Shown piece by piece: positions 1-12,047 of a stretch of 64,000 nucleotides of DNA (the first letter of the stretch is position 1; each line of letters begins with the position of its first letter). The translations under genes and the position numbers were made by a program. The stretch is from Thalia democratica (taxonomy: Eukaryota): positions 52,266,001-52,330,000 of the forward strand of contig OZ241827.1 in assembly GCA_965202585.1 (NCBI GenBank), in the 5' to 3' direction. Under the pieces are notes generated by a model. That model searched no databases. It worked only from the letters and a program-made list of their open reading frames with translations, and was not told where the DNA came from.

Positions 1-3000
1 TGCCTAATGAATACTAATTACGGTAGACTTCCTCTTGAGTTCGCACTTTTAGTCAAAAAAAAAGTGAAAATTTAAAATTTCTTAACTTAACTTAAATAAG
101 TATATAACTAATTAAGTATAAATAAAACAAAAACTTTATTATACTAAATAGCTTATATAGATCAACCTTTTTTAATAAATATACTTTTATGTTTCAGTGG
201 ATTTTACGTTTAATCATAACAGTATTGCATTATATTATGTTGAATTTTGCCTTTTGTAAAAAATATGATAAGGCATTTTTGAGTTAGCACTTTTTGATTT
301 TGTTCAAAGTGCAAATTCAAGTCTACTGATTTATTGAGTGGTTTTGTTTTGACTTGGTTTATATTTGTTGTTTTAAATTACACTAAAAGTTTTTATAGCA
401 TAGTGAATATAATATTTGTTTAAAAGATATTTATTTGACATATTTTTATTATTACTTGTTTAGTCTGTATAAGTAAAAAAATCTTGTTAAACAATAAAGT
501 TTTTATTTCAATAAAGATTTTTGGACTTTAAAAGAGTATAGATTTGAGGTCTCTATTTCGAATGAATTTAACTATTTCACTAAAAACATTCTTAAAGTCA
601 GTTTTATTTTCTAACTTGATTTATTGTTGTTAAAAAACCGTATATTAAGGATTTCACACTATTTTTTTGTTTTATCTTAATTCAAAATATTTTGGCAATT
701 AAAATGTGTTGTTTATTTTAATATTTTAACCCTAGCTTTTAATTTTTCACTATTTTTCTCTGATAAATTATTATAGGTTGAATTATAGGATCATTTTTGA
801 ACAGAATTAAATAAGCCATCGAAAAGACTGCTACAGTTACAAACCAAAATTTTAATCTAATAAAAATATTTTTAATAGATTACTTTCTGTTCACAAAATT
901 AACTGTAAAACCTTTAATTTTTATTTATATAAACTTGAAAAGAAATTGTTAGGATTAAGGTTTAGTTTTAAAGGTTATTCCAAGTCAAATACTGAATCAT
1001 GGTATTCTACTAAAAAACGTATAGTTTAAAAAGTTAAGTTTTTATCTTTTCAACTAACTTGCTTATAATATCTTTGAGCATTAAAATTAATAATTTTTCT
1101 GTAATAACAGAAGCTATTGATTAAACCAATTTTCATGTGAGATAATCAACCAGTCGGTCAAACTTCCTAATACTAGATCAGCAAGGATGTCTTAATATTT
1201 ATTTCATTTTATGTAAAACAAGCTCTTAATTCTTTTGTATTTTTTTTAATCTTTGGTAAAATAGTTTTAGAATATGCCTAGGTTTCAGTTAAGATTTTAG
1301 ATGTGTAACGTACGGCCCAGATCCAGTCAAATTTTAGCCCGCTAAGTAACTTAAAAACTACTTGTGTGCAAAACAATAAACTTTAGCTTCTTGATACTTA
1401 TTACTTTAAAATACGCTATCAATTTGGTTTTCAGTTCACAATAGTACTTCCTAGATCGCAATAAGAGTAAATCAATTTCTTAAATTTTGCTCGAGAATTT
1501 TAATTTTCTTATATCTCAGTTTTTTAAATTATGTAGCCCGCAAGTACATTTTTTTAACAAGTCGACACTAGAAAGGATTTTTTAGTAAAAATGACTTGTT
1601 GACTACAAAAGTTGTCCACAACTAACCTAAAGGTTTCATCAGTTTCAAAACAATTCATATTTAAACAGAATTGATTACAGAATACAAGACTTTTTAATAT
1701 TTAAGTATTTTTATACACTTTCCTGGGCTTATAAGAAAATAACGGTAAATTATTTTTCAAGCCCTTTAAATTACTTTGAACATTGCCCAAAAGAGCGTGA
1801 ATAATAAATTCAAGACATTTCGAATACAACTTTTTTGGCTAAAAAGTGCATACTCAAGAAGAAAAAAAATTTATAAAACCATGGGGGGGCGATTTTTTTT
1901 CAAATTTCTGAAAAGGGGGCGATTTAGTAAATGAGTTTGGGAAACCCTGCTCTACACCATTAAGCTACATACTGACTAATTGTTAAAATTATGTTTTAAT
2001 TTAACAAATAGAGATCTAAACTCCTGGAGGAGAAATAATTAATTTATTATTTTAAGGTTTTATTTCACTAACTAAGTTTCGGTCAAAAACCTTGTCAGTG
2101 CTTAAATAAATCTAAAGACATGTGACAGTCATGGAAAATAGTATTTTAACAATTAAATTGATATAAATTCAAATTTTTTACTTGAGAACTAAACAAATCA
2201 AACTTTTGTATTAAGACTGAGTTTAAGGTAAATTTTAAAATCAATATACGATTATGACAAAAGTTTAAGTTTATTACTTAACAATTGTTACACGCTAGAG
2301 CGATGATCACAAGTAAAAAAGTAAACAAACTAACAAGTTGCAACAGACAAGCATTTTATAGTTTTAGAAAAGTAATTAGCTAATTAATTAAATTTTAGTA
2401 ATTTTTAGCAAGTAAACTATCTTTAGCGTAAAATACAATAATAACAAAAAAGTGCCAAGCAGCAAATTGGCCATAATTTGAAAATTACAGTATATACTCA
2501 CAATGTAGTCGATGGCGAAAACAAACATAATTACAGTCCTTCGCGTATTTGATGGAAATTTATTGAGGAAATGTTGTCGGAGAAAACCTTTGTTTTTTAT
2601 ATGGGGGCTTTAAGAAAAATTAAGAAACACTATTATCAATGGTACAAAGTTCATCTGCAAGGAACAGCAAGAAGCAATTTAACTGAGCTTAAAATTAAAA
2701 AAGATCATCTTAATAGAGTAAATGATGAATTTAAATGTAAATTTTTTTAGTTATTTCTTAAGCTATGGTTATTCCTTGACTTTTTTCAACTTATGTCGAC
2801 TCATTGACATCAAAAAACATATGGTTATTTCTTTTAAACTTAATTGGATATGTTTAAACAAAACAGACAAACGAGGCTAGGCAGAATATTTTTTATTTTA
2901 TTAGAAAAACTACACACAATAAATATAATCAACTGGGCTCGTTTGGCAAAACTTGTAGATTTTCGATTATCGCATTTATCATCTCCAGCTGTCATCGGTA

Positions 3001-3817
3001 GCCCGTAAAAACACAATCTGAATAATATATATCAAATTAAAGGATTTTGAAATTTAAGCATTCGTAGCTTTAAAATTTAGTTTCTTAAAACAAATTACTT
3101 TAAAATCTTAAATAAAATTACTTTTTGATGGCATAATTTGGTTTATTATTTTCTAAAACTATCATTTATATAGTTATTTCTCTTAACTAAATAAGATAGC
3201 TCAATTTACTGAAATGTAAAGAGCTTATTTATATAAATAATATATTTATTATAAATTATCACTACCATTACAAAAAAAAAGCTTCAATGATTAATATAAA
3301 AATACCTTGATAATGTTGATGCTATCCATTAGCTGAGTTCAGAAAAGACTGTCTTCTTAACTGATTGAAACGAAATAGTTTGCTGCCAACTTTGTAAACA
3401 CCAGATGAAACGAGAGCGACTTTACTTAGATAAATCAATTTTAAGAACATAGTTATTTAACATATTAAAACTTAATGGAAACCAGATTTTTTTATTTGCT
3501 AGTCGTAAAATTTCAACATTGATCAATGATAAAATCAATTCATTTTAAGCGACGATTTAAGTAATTTGAGACGAAAATTTTCTTAAGTTCTTGTAAATGG
3601 GACTTGCGTGTGCAGAGTGTAATAATAATAAAACACTATCATGAATTATTAAAAAATATACTCTTGGTATTGTTGTAATTCAAATAAAAGTCTAAATCAA
3701 GCTTTGGTAAGTGAAGAGCAAGTGATAGAAAAATAAAACCAATTGTAACTATACAAAATTTAACCTTAAAGAAATAAAAATGATAAAAAAATTACAATTG
3801 GGGTTTAGGTATAACAA

Positions 3818-6800
3818 TTAGAGAATAGTGGGAAAACCATGTTCTGACATTCCTTCACAAAGTGATACAAGTTTTGAACAAATGAAGCTTATCTTATCAT
3901 CATCAAGGTCTGCAATTCCAAATTTGCTGATCATGGAGTCTCTTACTACTTGTTTGTATGCCACCAGCTGACCTTCCATAATTTTTAAATTTGATGCAAG
4001 CTGTGCAAGGCGTTCATCCTGCTCTTTCTTCTTTTGAGCTTTCTTAGTGCGGTATCTCTGTGCTGCTTTTCGGTCAGACTCCTTTTTCTTCTCATACTTT
4101 TCTTCCTGAGAAAGCTTTGATCTGCCAACCTTTCTTTTAGAAATTTTACTAACATGCAGGGCGGATGTACTTTTTAAAATGCACTTGTTAGGAACTAGGC
4201 GGGGCTTAATATTGATTGTATCATATGAGAATTCTTTAGTGGAGTTATAGAAATCCTTATCAAACGTATCATAAAGTAATTTACCTTGGAAAAGACTGGT
4301 GCCATCTATCATGGAAGTATTAGAGAGACCCTTAACCTGAAAATTTGGCTGGGGTGAATCAAGCTTAGGAGGACTTGCAAACCCGCTGTCACTAGAAAGT
4401 GGTGAAACGCTTCTGTTAAGTTTAAAAGCAGATGGTAAAAGTATATCATTATTATTTGGGTTAACGTTCAAGGGGGAGAGAAAGAGGTCAGAATTGTCGG
4501 AATCTGCGTTAAGGTTTAAGTTATTGCTATCATACTCTGCGGTATTATTAAGTCGGTGCAAACTGTGATTGAGCACGTTTGGATCATTCAAGCCAGGTTT
4601 GAAGAGGTCATCATATATTAGTGGTTCAGCATCTAGTTGTTGTGGAATTGGAGTTGTTACTCTAGGGTGCTGGACAAATTGATCTGAAAAATTATTTTAT
4701 ATTTAACAGGGATGTTAGCAACAAAGTGTTAATAAATCTTAGTAACTTTTTTAAAGACAAAAAGGCTTTTTTTAATAAATTTAGTATGGCTTAAAAAAAC
4801 TAGTTTCTTTAATCACAAGTTTTACCATATATAACATTTTAACTACAACAAACTAAAAATAATTAATATGTAATTACTCCTATGTCAGCATTTATAATGT
4901 CATGTTTTATTTGATTTTAATAAAATTTTTGCCCAGTAACTAAGCATTTGAAAGATTTATGATAAGGCCATAGGGTTAGGACAATTTTTACAAAAAATAA
5001 CTTTGACACTTTTTGAAAGTTTAAGGCATTTATTATATGATAAATTCAATAAAACATAAAAATCTATTTTACTTAAGCTATCAAAGTAGAACAGTTTAAC
5101 TTTAATGGGTTCCTTATTTAAGGACCAAATGAAAACCATAAAAAATATTAACTAACAACTATCTTTTCCTACAGCAATTGTTCATAACTTTTTGAATCTT
5201 ATCTTAAATTAGTAATATAAACTTGTATTATACTAGTTTTCAGTTGAGGTTCTTTTAATTATACAAGAATTTATTTATTCTTTTGGTCACTACATATTCT
5301 TCTTCAAATGTTACGATAGGGTTTTTCTTATAATGAAATAATGTCATGTGTTTCAAAACTGGAGGTCAATTGCTTAAAATTAACAACACTAACATAATTT
5401 TACTATCAAACTTAATCTAAAAGTGTCAATAAAAAAAATTCAGGCTGTAGTTTGTACCAGAAGCTTTTTACAAAAACAACTTTATCTTAACTACTGTTTA
5501 AAGATTCTTTTATAGTTTATACTTTTTAAGAACCATATTTATTTTGGTATGAAAATGCCCTTATCCGCCCCATTCTATAAATTACAGCTAAAAATAAAAA
5601 GACATTTAAGCATTTTCAAATTCACTAAAACTAAAAATCAATATTCAAACATTTAATATTTCTCAGAATTTACAACAGTTTTTAACAATGAACCAAGCAG
5701 TACATAACAAAATGGTCAAGAAATATTTTTTAGCACAGTCTTGTTCAAAATTTTAGATATAAATGTTTCAATTTATCTATAAACTACCGTGTTGACTAAC
5801 CATTTCCATTAATGTATTGCAGTGTAGGCGTACTAGATGCAGGAAATGTGACTTGGCTGCTGATCAAACCCTTGGAGCTGTTAGGTGAAGGACAAGTAGA
5901 AAAGCCAGCAGAGCTTTCACTTGAAAATGTTGCACCATTAGTGGAAGGGTCTTGCATAGCACAACCATCTCTGCTTTCATTCAGCAGAGCTGTTTTTTAT
6001 ATTTATAAATTAACTTTAAAAAAGATTCCCACTTCTAATTTATAAACGAAATCAAGCCTAGTTAAGGGCATATGGGAGGTGAATCACTTTTTTCACAAAT
6101 TGATCTTAATAGAGCTACTAGATGCAATTTGGAAATTTTAGAAATTCAAATTATTTTTTTTAATATAGCCGATTAAAGTGAGAGCCAAAAATAGGATCAT
6201 TATGAGAGGGGCAAACAAAAAGCAAATAACTAGAAGTCACAAAAAATATACCTTCTTCTACATATTTTGAGATAAATACCTCAAAATTTCAGGAAGTATT
6301 CCTTGGGATTGTTTAGAAATTTCTGTCAGAACAAAGTTTTCAAAAATTTAAAAATTTAAAGTTTAAAATTGAATCCAAAAAAACTTTTTTTTTTTTTTAA
6401 TTCCTTCAGACAGAATTTTCTAAATATTTAGGGTCGCCACATTTTTTTTCAAAAAATTTTCCAGGTTTTCAAAAGTACACATTTTAGGGTTTATTTTAGT
6501 TTAAAGTCAAGTTTAGGGTAAAAAAACTTGTTTAATTGTATAAAAAAATTAAAATGATACTGTAAAGCTACTTTAAACATGTTTTTTAGAAAAAAATTGT
6601 TAAATGATGACAAACTTTTTGATTAAATGATAGATTTTCAACATCAAAATTTTATAACTACAAATGTGAAAATTGTTAACATTCCAGGTTTCTCAGTGAA
6701 TTTTGTTCAAAACTCCAGGTTTGAGGTTTTATTTTTTTCTAAATTGTCAAATTCCAAGTATTTCTAGGATTCCAGGTAAAGTGGCAAACCTGAATACTGC

Positions 6801-8229
6801 AAGGAACATTTCCTGAAAGTTTGAGGTATTCACAGGGTTGCCACTTGTTTTCTCTAAATTTTTTCCAGGTTTTCCAAACTTCTTCCAGGTTTTTCCAGTA
6901 CACATTTTCAAGTCTATTCTTAGTTTTAAGTTAATTTCTATATTAGAAACTTAGTTAAATAGTATAAAAACATTGAAAAGATACTGTAAAGTTGCTTTAA
7001 ATGTGTTTATTAATAAAAAATTTTTTGATGATGGCAAAAAAATCTTATTTATGATAGATTTTTTGTGTCAAATCAAAATTTTACTTCTGAAAATGTTTAA
7101 ATTATTTTTAATTCCAGGTTTTTCCAGGTTTTTTGATCAAAATTCCAGGTTTTTCCAGGTTTCTTTCAAGATTTATCAAATTCCAGGTTTTTCCAGGTTA
7201 TTTTTGCCTTAATTGTCGAATTCCAGGTTTTTCAAGGTTTTTCCAGGTTTCCAGGTAAAGTGGCAACCCTGTATTTAACTCAAAAAATGTAGAAGATAGA
7301 TTTTTAGTTACAGAGTCTTTTTTTTTTTTTTTTTGATTTTAGTATTTGTTTCCCATAAGGAACTTATTATTGCCTTAGACTTGGACCTGCTATATCTCAA
7401 AAATTATTTTGAATTTTTAAAATCTGTATAAGCATCTTGTAGCTTATTTAAAATTCTATAAAATAAGATTAAATTGTGAAAAAAGTTTTTACCCTCTATG
7501 CCCTTAGCAGCCAAAAATATTTATCCATCAATAATAAGATGAAAAAATATAATACTATTGTATTAGAGTTAAGATTTTATTTATGGGAAGAGTGTTAACT
7601 TCTGTTATAAACTGTAGTTTACTAAATGTAAAAATGACTTACCAAAATCAAAGCAGCTTTGAGGCTTCTGAAGTTGATCAAAAATGTCCATTGGACAATC
7701 ACCCAGGGAATATAAATCAGAACATTGTAGTGAAGGATCTGTAAATATATTTACATATATAGAAGTTTGTAACAAAATTAAGTCAAAATGAATAATATTG
7801 AGATCTTGGTATTGTAAAAATTATCAATACTATCACAAAATAATATCAATACTAATACTTAGACAAATCTTTGTTATTAATGAAGACTGCTGTTAAAACT
7901 TCTAATCACAAACTGGATACTCTTAGTTTTGGTAAAAGGTATAAATAGGTGAACAAGTTATAATTTTCTACCTGAATTTATAAATTCATCTTCCAAACGG
8001 GTTGAAAAAAGTTGATCAATCTCTGATAGTGCTTGTTGTTGATAAGCATCTTGGCTGGAAACCACAGCTGGAATAATACAAAAGTTATTAGCAATTTTTC
8101 TCGCAACAACTTATTTAATATAATATTATCGTTGAGATTAAAACCTTTACTGTGTCCCGCCAGAATCATGTTGTTTGACATATTGCTCATATTGTTCATG
8201 TACATGTTCATAATTGGTGGATAAACCAT
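3818..8229 (-). CDS. ATF4: ATF4/ATF5-family bZIP transcription factor, 5 coding exons, up to 443 aa
   Basis: GT-AG exons 8229-8145, 8067-7972, 7738-7643, 5989-5801, 4683-3818 sum to 1332 nt and join in frame (all phase 1). The protein has a DSGFAS beta-TrCP-type degron and a C-terminal bZIP (KKKESDRKAAQRYRTKK...L-x6-L-x6-L) resembling ATF4 KKMEQNKTAATRYRQKK. The two-uORF leader supports the ATF4/5 assignment. The exact start AUG (seven candidates) is uncertain. Confidence 0.85.
6429..6792. mobile_element. MITE family B (TAGGGTCGCCAC...GTGGCAAACCTG), hAT-like termini
   Basis: Imperfect TIRs, internal TTCCAGGTTT repeats, flanks AATATT/AATACT. Confidence 0.65.
6833..7271. mobile_element. MITE family B (CAGGGTTGCCACT...AGTGGCAACCCTG)
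   Basis: 13-bp perfect TIR, many TTTTCCAGGTT subrepeats, flanks TATTCA/TATTTA. Degraded relatives occur at ~20380-20658 and ~58940-59260. Confidence 0.75.
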
Positions 8230-9305
8230 AGTTATAGGTTGAAAAGGAACTGTTGAAAAATAATTATGTTAAATACATTTTCAATAAGCCATTTAAATGT
8301 TATTAGAACTTTATTAACCTGGAAGAATTCATAGTGTATTTATTGATTTTGTAGTTTTCTTATTACAATCCTTTAATTATTTTATGTTTTCACTATGATT
8401 GATATATTTCCAAAAGCTTAACTGGCTAATTTATTAACTTATACAATATAAACTTAGTTTGGAGTGCTTTAAAACAAATTTAAGGGCATAGGAGGGGTTA
8501 ACACCCTTTTTTGGTTTTTGATATTATTCTATATAGTTTTTATAAAGCTACAAAATGCTTTTTGAAGATTTTAAAACTTCGATATGATTTAGGAGATATA
8601 GGCGGTCAAAGTCAGAGGCAACAATAGGATCCTTATGGGAGCCACAAACTAATGCCTCAAATAACTAGAAATCACTAAAATCTATCTCCTCCTATGTTTT
8701 TCGAAATAACACTACCTCAAGTTTTCAGGAAATGTTCCTTGATATATTAAGAAAATTCTGTCAGAGAAATTTAATAAAATTAAAAAGTATAAATTTATTA
8801 TAAAAAATAAACAGAAAAGTTTTTTTTTCAGCTTTTATATTATAATTTCTTTTCCAATTTTTTAAAAATTCTTTCCGACAGAATTTTCTAAATATATTAA
8901 GGAACATTTCCTGAAAAGTTGAGGTAGTTATCTCAAAAACATATATAGATTTTTAGTGATTTATAGTTATTTATCGTTTTAGTTTGCGCCTACCATAAGG
9001 ATTCTATTGTAGCCTCTGACTTTGACCAGCTATATCTCAAAAACTATTTTGAATCTTTTTAATATGTTAAAAGCATCTTGTAGCTTAGTAAAAACTTAAT
9101 AAAATGAGATCAAAAACCAAAAAAGGGTGGTCACCCCCCTTTGCCCTTAAACAACTTGTGTATTTCATATAAGAATGCATTTCTATAATGGTTGATAAAA
9201 AGGTGTTGTATAAATAATTTTTGCCCAATAGATTTCAATGTATAATTAGAATTAATAAGGTTAATAAATAGCTCGTGTAAAAATGTAAGAAAGAACTCAC
9301 TTCAT
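8147..9305 (-). promoter_or_regulatory. uORF2 of ATF4-like gene, spliced, 35 aa, overlapping the main AUGs out of frame
   Basis: ATG AA| (9305-9301) splices to T TCC TTT... (8249 onward), giving MNSFSTYNYGLSTNYEHVHEQYEQYVKQHDSGGTQ*, with the stop at 8149-8147. Confidence 0.75.
8483..9147. mobile_element. MITE family A
   Basis: TTAA/TA flanks, AGGGCATAGGAGGGG ... CCCCCTTTGCCCT. Lies in the intron that splits uORF2. Confidence 0.8.
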
Positions 9306-9349
9306 ATTTGCAATTTTGTTGTAGTGGTAGTCTTTCTTGAAGAAAGAAA

Positions 9350-9361
9350 TTAGCAAGCCAT
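9350..9361 (-). promoter_or_regulatory. uORF1 of ATF4-like gene (ATG GCT TGC TAA, M-A-C-stop)
   Basis: Three-codon ORF in leader exon ~9372-9301 (acceptor CACAG at 9373-74, donor GTGAGT at 9300-9295). It has the same size and position as vertebrate ATF4 uORF1. Confidence 0.8.
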
Positions 9362-9999
9362 ATTTACTGACACTGTGTAGGAAAGTAAAAAATTATACAA
9401 ATGGTTGATAAATATTTTCTTGGCAAACAACTATTTGTCTGCAGTAGAAAAAAAGGCTTCTTATATATTCATACGCTTATCGAATAACAGATACCAGGGC
9501 AAAAAAAAAAGCTATTTCAAACAAATTTAAAATAAAACAACTATCAATAATAAAATAGAAAAATTTAAATAAATCTAAAATATTTTTGATTTAAATTGAT
9601 AAAAAAACAAAAACTTTTTATAGTAGCTTAAAATTAAAATATAGTTTTACTAAGTTTTAAAAAGCCTATTATTTTATAAACTTAAATTAACATAAGAAGC
9701 GAATTTAATGATTTTTTAATAACTTTTTTACAAAAGATAACAAAGATAAGATTTTTATTTTTTTACCAAATATACAAAATAAATAAAAACTAAACTAAAA
9801 AGTCGAGTTTCCAGAATACCAAGAAAATAGTATTCTAAATTTTGAGTAAAATTTTTTTATTATATCTTAAAATAAAATACTTGAATAATTATCCGGATAC
9901 TAACATGCGTATATTTTTGTAGCTTTTTATGAAAGTTTTATTCACAAAAACTATAGCTAAATATCGTATTGTATAAATAAGTTTATCGAGCAATATATA

Positions 10000-12047
10000 T
10001 TGAACAATAAAACAACAATACTCAAAAAAAATTCGTCTAAGGTCCTAGCTGGTGTAAATATAAAGCTTCTTAGTCATCAAGTAATCAACAACAGGCTTAA
10101 ACTTAATGTAAAACACTCTTGTAAAACGGATGTAAGGAAAGACAGAAACTTGGACATAAAAATAGGTAATTCATCTATATTAAAAGTAGAAAATTATAAG
10201 TATCTCGGTGTTACAATTGATAGTAACTTCAATTGGTCTGACCATATTAAGGCAGTAAAAACTAAGTTATTGCAGACAATAGGCATTTTACACAAAACTA
10301 GGTACTTTTCAAACCAAAATTCTTTATATTATATCTTTAACTTACTTCTGATGAGTCATGTAAGATATGGTCTATTATGTTGGGGTAGGGCTAGTAAAAC
10401 TAAAGTTACTGAGATTGATAAACTTATAAATAGAGCATTAAGGTGCATTCATTTTAAAGGTTGGAATGAAAGTGTTAACAGTATAAAAATAGAAAAGAAA
10501 ATACTAAATGTTGAAAATATGTTTAAGTATAAGTTAGGAGTTTTTATGCACAAGTTTAAAAGAGATATTGCTAACCGTATTTATTTATAAAAAATTAAAA
10601 GAATATCATTTTATTTCTATCTTAAACGGGTATAAATAGGCAAGGCAACTTAATTTAGTTATAAAATAAACAATAAAAACTATGTACAATTTGTTACTTT
10701 CACGAAGAAAAGATACAAAATGGTGCGCAACGCTTGAGTTTTCTACACATTAATCTTATACGAACTTTAATATCGATAAAGGTGGAAAAGACGATATTTC
10801 TGAAAGTAGAAATTCTATCAAAATTATTTCATATCATTCCACAGCTTACGTCTTCGGCCTCGAATTCATACGTAAGCTGTTTTATATTGTTCTATAGTTA
10901 ACCTCTGCGGCCGCGCAGTCCCAAGCCAACTATTTTGTATCGTACTGCTATTCACCTCTCCGGCCTCGAAGTCCCTAGTGAAAAGTTGCAACTACTTCCA
11001 CGAAGGAAAAGTCGCTCCGATGAAGCGGCCTAGGTCCGCTCCGTAGGGTAGTTGAGGTATAATAACCGGTTTGTCGATGTGCTTCATCGTTTATATACAT
11101 TTTTACTCTTTTTTTGCAGGTGGCTTGGCATGTTGACAGTTGCAGGTGACTTGGCATGTTGACAGTTGCAGATGACTCGACATGTTTTTAATAGCCATCT
11201 AACATTCTTACCTAGCTTTGCACACAGCAATTAGTAAATACAAAATTGTATTTTTTGCCGTTGTCAATCAAGAAAAATCGAGTAGAATTAAAATATAAAT
11301 TAGAAAATTGTTGTTATTATTTATTTGAAACTCACCTATTTTCAAAATACAATTTTTTAATTAAATTTTTTTTTAAATACAATTCTATTGCATCCATCGA
11401 TATATGGACGATTGAAGTGAAATGAGTATAATTTCACATCAATGTCCAACAAAGATACTTTACCACAAGCCTTACTTTACAAGAGTAAATAAAATTCACA
11501 ATCATTCAACAAGATTTTCAGAGAAAAATTATTATATCTCTAGAGTAAATATTCTTTATGGTTTTAAAACCTTATCCTATCTTGGATGTAAAGTATGGGA
11601 GGAAATTCCAAGAAAACTAAAAGATCAGAGCTACCTTGGAGCTTTTTAGTCTGGACTAAAAGTTGTTTTACTTAAAAATTAATCAGACAGACCGCAAACT
11701 TAATTTTCTCTATTTTTTTTAACAACTATGATAAATTTCTATTATTGGTACATTTTTAATTTATTCTTTGGCTGATTAATGGTGGCTTGATTGGGTGTGA
11801 GCAGAGATGGCTAGGTTCTTGTTCTTTAAATTTGGGATTTAGTGTCACTGTCTTGTCTCCATTGACTATGTGGCTAAAAATAGATTTGCTTAGTTATTAT
11901 TTTATTTAACTAAGTTCTAATATCAATTCATGAGTTAGATGAACAGAGTTTTTTTTTACAGAGGTACAATATGTATTTAAGTATCTTTAATAATTTAAAA
12001 TTTATTTACTTGTTAGATTATTAATATTATTGTTTAGAAAAAAAAAA
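10000..12047 (+). mobile_element. Decayed 3' portion of CR1/L2-group non-LTR retrotransposon, interrupted ~10590-11450
   Basis: ORF 10000-10590 has post-RT motifs (YKYLGVTID, FNWSDHI, SHVRYGLLCWG). The C-terminus resumes at 11422-11680 (IHNHSTR, LSYLGCKVWEEIP), followed by a UTR and an A-tract at ~12037-12047. Confidence 0.75.
11114..11185. repeat. 26-bp tandem repeat, ~2.8 copies
   Basis: TTGCAGGTG(G/A)CTTGGCATGTTGACAG repeated. Confidence 0.85.

Larger units (their letters stand above)
6065..7504. mobile_element. MITE family A (AGGGCATA TIR) containing two nested family B MITEs
   Basis: TA|AGGGCATATGGGAGG ... CCCTCTATGCCCT|TA. The internal sequence matches other family A copies and is interrupted at 6429 and 6833. 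Confidence 0.8.

Noticed and set aside
2500-2760. Coding-looking patch downstream of ATF4
   Set aside because: Stops in all frames and no recognisable motif; possibly a transposon remnant, but unsupported.
10905-10930. GGCCGCGCAGTCCCAAGCC, resembling the 5' half of HDV-like ribozymes of RTE elements
   Set aside because: The complementary 3' strands (P1', GGGAC of P2) are absent downstream, so no full fold can be built.
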